From assembly GCA_963669175.1 (NCBI GenBank), contig OY769902.1:5383366-5447365 (forward strand): a stretch of DNA of 64,000 bases, in the 5' to 3' direction. Positions 59,226 through 64,000 of the stretch are shown here, in pieces. The stretch is from a bacterium. GTDB lineage: Bacteria; Electryoneota; Electryoneia; Electryoneales; Electryoneaceae. Within the stretch, counting starts at the first letter, position 1. Each line of letters begins with the position of its first letter. Made by a program: the position numbers and the translations under genes. The notes under the pieces were generated by a model. It saw only the letters and a list, made by a program, of their open reading frames with translations, was not told the origin of the DNA and searched no databases.

Positions 59226-59779
59226 CGCACCCTCCACATATCACATTTCACCACCGCAGTATCGTCAGAAGCGACAACCAGACGAATCCAGCCACCACCA
59301 TAGACGGGTATCGGGATTATCTGCCCAATTGTTGATTTGATCGGGCTGCTGTCAGGGACAAGCTCCAGCGACCCATCACGCTGTTCATAGACGACGCCGG
59401 TAGTGTCACTCAGGGCTATCTGGGCAGAAATGGTGATTTCCGGTCCACTGTCAGCAATGCCACCGGATGTGTCGGCATGAACGAAAAGGGTGAATCGGGT
59501 AGGCGCGTAAATTCGCTCATCCGCCAGATCCGCGATATGCGTACCGAACGGCAACCAGGCGGTCGTATCTGTTTCCGCACGGAGAGTGTCGTTCAGAAGT
59601 GTGGTAACTCGTGCCAGACGTTCGCCCTGAAGCAACCCTTCCGACGTGCCCCAGGTCTGCGCTCGGGCCGGTACTGAAAATGAAAACAAAGGCCAACAGG
59701 TGGCGACGGTGAATACGGAAACACTGAACAGCAAAAACCAACCAGACGGTTTGTGTTTTCTTCCTGCACTCTTTCTCAT
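59222..59779 (-). CDS. Hypothetical secreted beta-rich protein
   Basis: AGGAG RBS; signal peptide ending ARA-Q; beta-strand pattern. Confidence 0.7.
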   Translation of the reverse strand: MRKSAGRKHKPSGWFLLFSVSVFTVATCWPLFSFSVPARAQTWGTSEGLLQGERLARVTTLLNDTLRAETDTTAWLPFGTHIADLADERIYAPTRFTLFVHADTSGGIADSGPEITISAQIALSDTTGVVYEQRDGSLELVPDSSPIKSTIGQIIPIPVYGGGWIRLVVASDDTAVVKCDMWRVR

Positions 59780-59844
59780 GGCTTACTCCTATACAAATGT
59801 TCAATTGTCCAGATAAAAAAATGCTGACATCCATAACCAGTTCA

Positions 59845-60570
59845 TCAAATCCCGGATCGTAAAGAAGCTGTATATCGTTTACCACGCCACTTCAATCGAA
59901 TGATCCTGTTTTCCGGACCTTCCTGTCTGGAATTCGAATTCTGCTGCAAATGGGATTTAGGGACAGTGTTTCCGGCATCCAGTTCGAAGCCCGTTCCCGG
60001 CGCAGCGCCACGGTAAACCAGCGATCCCTCGGTAACACGTTCGATCCCATCATACCAGTAAAAACAAAGCTTGCCGTCATATTCCCGTCCCGGCCAATGC
60101 GAACAACTGCGCAGATCTTCACCACAGATGGAGCAGGTGGGATGGTTGTACATGAAGGCGATGGACGCTTCGTTGTAAACCCCGCTGTCGATCATGATAC
60201 GCAGGTCTTCGGCCTTCGAATGGGCGCGTGGCCAGTAGAAACGCGGAACCAGCCATGTTACTTCACCACGCTTTTCCACCGCGCCATCGAAAAAACGCGC
60301 CACTCCAAGGCTCCTGCGATCATGGCCGATCAGCACCGGGGCGCCCTGCACCAGCTCGAGCAATTTGTGGAGATCCTCTGTGCGGAAGCGTCCGAACCGG
60401 CTGTCAATAGCATCGCAAGCCAGTCTGCAACGACGCACGTGCAACTCTTCCGCATCCAGTTTGACCAGTGGTGGGTTATCGAGATTGTGAATCGCCTCAA
60501 TGTCCTGTTCACTGACCTTGCAAGGTTCACGCAACAATGCGCCGGTTAATCCCTGTGAAAGCATACTCAT
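59845..60570 (-). CDS. Phage prohead (maturation) protease-like protein
   Basis: PVLIGHD His motif, EASIAF, CSICG...C.H.PG..Y.G..C zinc insert and EGSLV Ser motif; coupled to the portal gene by an ATGA overlap. Confidence 0.75.
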   Translation of the reverse strand: MSMLSQGLTGALLREPCKVSEQDIEAIHNLDNPPLVKLDAEELHVRRCRLACDAIDSRFGRFRTEDLHKLLELVQGAPVLIGHDRRSLGVARFFDGAVEKRGEVTWLVPRFYWPRAHSKAEDLRIMIDSGVYNEASIAFMYNHPTCSICGEDLRSCSHWPGREYDGKLCFYWYDGIERVTEGSLVYRGAAPGTGFELDAGNTVPKSHLQQNSNSRQEGPENRIIRLKWRGKRYTASLRSGI

Positions 60571-61859
60571 TCCTTTCCCTGTCGATACGCTTTTTCATAC
60601 CCGAGCTCGCGTGCGCCCTGATCACGGCTGATATAACCTTCCTGCACCATCTTGTCCACACGTTCAAACGCCATCAGCGCGGCACGGTTGCGTTCCACAA
60701 CGAACGGATCCTGGTTGGGCTCAAACCGCCAGCGCGCACCGGCCATATTCCCGGCCAAACGCAATTCAAAGTGCATCAACCATTCAGCAAGATCAGAGCC
60801 CAATTGTTGGACAGAATCAACAATTTGCATCAGCAGATTGTACTGTGCATATACCCAGTTCTTGGTAGTGCCGTGGCTACGTCCCAATGCCCAGGGAAAC
60901 AGCTTCAGCCCGGTAATAACATCTTCGATAACCTGTTCCCGATTCAGTTTCCATGATCCCTGCATATCCGACCCAGCGCCGATCACTTTCACTTCGATAT
61001 CGGACCAGGTGAACAGGTTGTCATCCGGGCCAAGCTCGTTGAATTGCGATACGGTCCGGTCGAAATACGAATTGATTCGTTGGGAGTAGGTATCCGGATC
61101 TTCACCGGGATTGGGCTCGGGCGGGGAAATTCGGATTTGCAGGCGTGGAGTACCTGCATTGTGGCTGGCCCGTGCCATGTCTTCCAGCATCCGTTGCTCG
61201 ATTTCAATCACGAACGGAATAGACGCCAGTGGTTCAATCCCTCCGGGCGCACGTAAATCGGACACCAGCGTCCGATGAAAGAATGTGTCCGGATCGATGG
61301 GTTCAAGTTCGTGGTCTTCGGTTTCCAGGTATGGCAGGAATCGACCGTCACGGCTGCGCGCCCAGTGAATACGGTAAGGATCAAGCAGTTCCAGGTGACT
61401 CACCCCAGACGCATCAGGCAGCAATACCACACGAGCGGCAAAGGCGCCAAGGGTGAAAAGTTCAAGAAAAAAGCTCTCCGTCAGGCGGGTCAAGCCGTGA
61501 GTTTCACCGTCAAGACGCGGGTATACCCTGCGGTCCAATTCATCAAGAAGCTGATTAGCCCGACGCACATCCCACTCATCCCCGGTGATCTCGTAGCGTT
61601 GCGCGGTCGAACAGAGATGACTCCAGGTCCAGATTCCGGATGAGATGATGGGGATATGATCACGCAGGTAACGGTAGAAATCGGCGCGATTCGTCCCGGT
61701 ATAACTGAATCCTTCCGCCGGGGTGGCAAAGGTGAATGGCCCACTGGCAGCTCGACGAGGGGTACTCCACCGGTTTCGTACCAGTCCAACACGTTGCTGA
61801 CGTTCCGGCAATGTTATCGGCTGCCGCCCCAACATCTTGTTGATCACAGTTCGAAGCAT
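60567..61859 (-). CDS. Phage portal protein
   Basis: 430 aa between terminase and protease; GTPRLQI, EQVI...LKLFPWALG and C-terminal G.IS.DQ.ARELGY portal-like motifs. Confidence 0.75.
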   Translation of the reverse strand: MLRTVINKMLGRQPITLPERQQRVGLVRNRWSTPRRAASGPFTFATPAEGFSYTGTNRADFYRYLRDHIPIISSGIWTWSHLCSTAQRYEITGDEWDVRRANQLLDELDRRVYPRLDGETHGLTRLTESFFLELFTLGAFAARVVLLPDASGVSHLELLDPYRIHWARSRDGRFLPYLETEDHELEPIDPDTFFHRTLVSDLRAPGGIEPLASIPFVIEIEQRMLEDMARASHNAGTPRLQIRISPPEPNPGEDPDTYSQRINSYFDRTVSQFNELGPDDNLFTWSDIEVKVIGAGSDMQGSWKLNREQVIEDVITGLKLFPWALGRSHGTTKNWVYAQYNLLMQIVDSVQQLGSDLAEWLMHFELRLAGNMAGARWRFEPNQDPFVVERNRAALMAFERVDKMVQEGYISRDQGARELGYEKAYRQGKE

Positions 61860-61944
61860 ATTTTCCTCTTTCTTAGTTTGAAAGTTGGAAAGTTTAAAAG
61901 TTCTAAAGTTATTGATTAATGAAATAGGAACTCTTTGGTTAGTT

Positions 61945-61970
61945 CATTCTTAATTCTTAATTCTTAATTC
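61945..61970. repeat. Heptamer tandem repeat (TTAATTC)n flanking the MITE
   Basis: CTTAATTCTTAATTCTTAATTC immediately left of the element; TTAATTCTTAATT resumes at about 62305. Confidence 0.7.
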
Positions 61971-62303
61971 GGTTCCTCACAAGAATTTGTGCATCCGGGC
62001 AATGTTGTGGCAGGTCTTGACGCGACTTTCCGTTTTCGGCTTTCGCTATGTTTTCCTGAATGCACGATAATACTGAAACCACCTCTCGTCCTGTTATTGT
62101 CGCGTTGTGACCTGCCACCGGTATCAGCACTCTCGCTGTCGTCAGGTCACAACGTGATGCCTGATGACGATCTATCATGCGAAATAGCAGGTGTGAAGTC
62201 GGACAGATATCTGAAATTGCGGAGAAGAACAAGAAAAAGGCATCACGTCAAGACCTGACGAAACCTGCTCGTCGATAATATGCACCAATTCTTGTGAGCA
62301 GCC
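61971..62303 (+). mobile_element. MITE-like element, full-length copy between the terminase and portal genes
   Basis: Begins GGTTCCTCACAAGAATTTGTGCAT and ends ATGCACCAATTCTTGTGAGCAGCC. Confidence 0.85.
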
Positions 62304-62320
62304 TTTAATTCTTAATTGTG

Positions 62321-63757
62321 TTAAATTGGCGCTTTCCGTTCCGGTGGCGGCATCCCTCCTACCCGGGCGGCGACCTGTGGACGCGGGTGTGCTGAGGTAT
62401 ACAGATTCACCAGCAGGTAGCGCAGGGCGTCCATGGGATGATCATGTTCGCCATCCTTGACCGGAGTTTCGCCATCCGGCCCCCAGGCATATCCCTGAAA
62501 ACCACGAACCACCGCGCCGCAATGCTTGTAAACCTTTAACCGGACTTCACCAGAAGCATCCTTCAACAACGCCCGCACAACCTCAATTCCCGCCGCAATC
62601 GACGATGGACGCCAGACCAGTTTGAAACCGGCCGCCTGGAGATGTTCCACCGGCGAGATGCCCATATCGGTCTTTGCCGCACCGGCCGGATCGACGGCTG
62701 TCCAGGTGATGTCGCGTTCACTCAGACCATGTTTCGCATCGATTCGACGAATCTCCTGCACCAGTTGATCCAAAGGCCAACGATCACCGACGAGGCTGTC
62801 GAATACGGTCAGGTTATTGCATGTATCACGTTCCAGCCAGATCACCGCTGGACGACGGTATCCGAAATCGATCCCGCGGTAGAAACGTGTTCCGCTGTCC
62901 GCTCCGGGCGCTGCATAAGGTCCGTCAACCAGGTGAGTCGAAGATTCGAACTGATCATACACACGTCCTTCGGCGCCTTCGAAGCTGAGTTCTTGTTCAC
63001 GTCGCCAGCGTGCTTCGGACAAACCTGCGCGTGCACGGGTTTCCCAGTTTTCATCGCGTCCGGGGAAGTCGTTGTAGTGCATCCGGTGAACGTGAAATTC
63101 GCCTGCGCTGTCATGCACCAGCCTGCCAAACACACCGACAGGTCCATTTGGGGTGGATACCCCGACAAACTGGCCGCCCGCATCGACAGCCGGTTTGACC
63201 GCCGCCCAGATTTCCTCATCGTTAGGCGCGAAAGCCATCTCATCCCAGAAAACAGTCTGCGGACTGAGACCACGCACCGCATGTGGCGAGGCCGGAAGGC
63301 TGACAATGCGACTTTGCAGCGACGGGAAAGACACTGTCCCGGCCAGGAACTTCGGCTTCTCGTCCACCGGAAACACTTCATGAAATTCCCAGAGAAACTG
63401 GATACGTGCGATCAGTTCACGCGCGGACCGTTCCTCCTTGGACAACACCAGGTGCATGCCCGGCCCACGTGAAACCGCGCGATACAGCAAATACGCACAC
63501 CCTATCCAACTCGCCATCAATTGACGGCTTTTTACGACGACCAGGCGATTTTGCGTGGCGTAAGCGCTGGCAAGTTTGCGCACAAGCGGCCAGTCCGGAA
63601 TCAAACGGGGTCCATCATGCCCGGGATCAAAGGTTCGGCATTGGAACAGGAAGTCCAGGAATCCGTTTTCATCTGCAGTTTGTTTCTTTCCAGACACGAT
63701 TTCTCCCTGTTTACCATCCGGTGATATTGGCTGGATTACCCTTTCGAACCGGTTCAC
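62321..63757 (-). CDS. Phage terminase large subunit
   Basis: Walker A-like KSRQLMASW, Walker B VFWDEMAF, motif III STPNG, nuclease GIDFG and HDHPMDALRY. Confidence 0.9.
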   Translation of the reverse strand: MNRFERVIQPISPDGKQGEIVSGKKQTADENGFLDFLFQCRTFDPGHDGPRLIPDWPLVRKLASAYATQNRLVVVKSRQLMASWIGCAYLLYRAVSRGPGMHLVLSKEERSARELIARIQFLWEFHEVFPVDEKPKFLAGTVSFPSLQSRIVSLPASPHAVRGLSPQTVFWDEMAFAPNDEEIWAAVKPAVDAGGQFVGVSTPNGPVGVFGRLVHDSAGEFHVHRMHYNDFPGRDENWETRARAGLSEARWRREQELSFEGAEGRVYDQFESSTHLVDGPYAAPGADSGTRFYRGIDFGYRRPAVIWLERDTCNNLTVFDSLVGDRWPLDQLVQEIRRIDAKHGLSERDITWTAVDPAGAAKTDMGISPVEHLQAAGFKLVWRPSSIAAGIEVVRALLKDASGEVRLKVYKHCGAVVRGFQGYAWGPDGETPVKDGEHDHPMDALRYLLVNLYTSAHPRPQVAARVGGMPPPERKAPI

Positions 63758-64000
63758 TCAACAAGGGTTGAGTCAGGAAACGAGCGAGCGTGGCAGACGC
63801 TTTTGCCTGGTACCGTTGGGAAAGCTCCATGAAGCGCCTGGAACGGTCATCCGCCCCGGCATCGGTAGCGCTGAGTGACTGAATCGCAAGGGCATCCAGA
63901 ACGATAGACAAGGCCAGCTCTGTTGCGCCTGTTACCAACCCCTGGTCATCCGATTCAGTGGGTGTACCCTTCACGCAGGCGCGCGGCGATCTTGTCCTCA
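63711..64000 (-). CDS. Hypothetical helical protein upstream of the terminase, possibly a head-tail connector; start lies outside the window
   Basis: Frame is open to the window edge; helical ELALSIVLDAL...LSQRYQAKA..TL pattern; overlaps the terminase start. Confidence 0.45.
   Translation of the reverse strand, partial: RTRSPRACVKGTPTESDDQGLVTGATELALSIVLDALAIQSLSATDAGADDRSRRFMELSQRYQAKASATLARFLTQPLLSEPVRKGNPANITGW

Noticed and set aside
55647-64000. Calling the region a complete, inducible prophage
   Set aside because: No integrase, repressor, replication, capsid, tail or endolysin gene is visible in the window; status depends on sequence beyond 64000.

Overview
Moderately GC-rich bacterial chromosome segment. 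Several secreted proteins end in a Por/T9SS-type sorting domain, which suggests an FCB-group lineage (inference only). Left to right: (1) part of a group 3b NiFe (sulf)hydrogenase operon, hydB-hydG-hydD, running off the left edge; (2) an ABC-type substrate-binding lipoprotein and three tandem paralogous lipoproteins; (3) a beta-barrel porin, 11-heme cytochrome, 9-heme lipoprotein and tetraheme cytochrome, resembling a porin-cytochrome electron conduit and interrupted by a 13 x 49-bp tandem array; (4) four large secreted proteins, up to 2889 aa; (5) a DegT-like protein, pgi, a fused Type IIG-like restriction-modification enzyme, two MscS channels, a large P-loop protein, a kinase-domain-less sensor, SRPBCC, 3-hydroxyacyl-CoA dehydrogenase-like, 5'-nucleotidase and LVIVD proteins, and dnaG; (6) directly upstream of dnaG, a phage-derived head-packaging module (terminase, portal, prohead protease, holin-like genes) interleaved with secreted proteins and with no capsid gene in the window, a candidate domesticated or GTA-like element. 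A ~332-bp MITE-like element occurs five times. Rex-like operators precede both the hydrogenase and the porin-cytochrome operons, and an LD[E/D]-type motif recurs at domain junctions of the exported proteins. No rRNA, tRNA or CRISPR array was recognised. All calls are by-eye motif recognition; no database searches were run.
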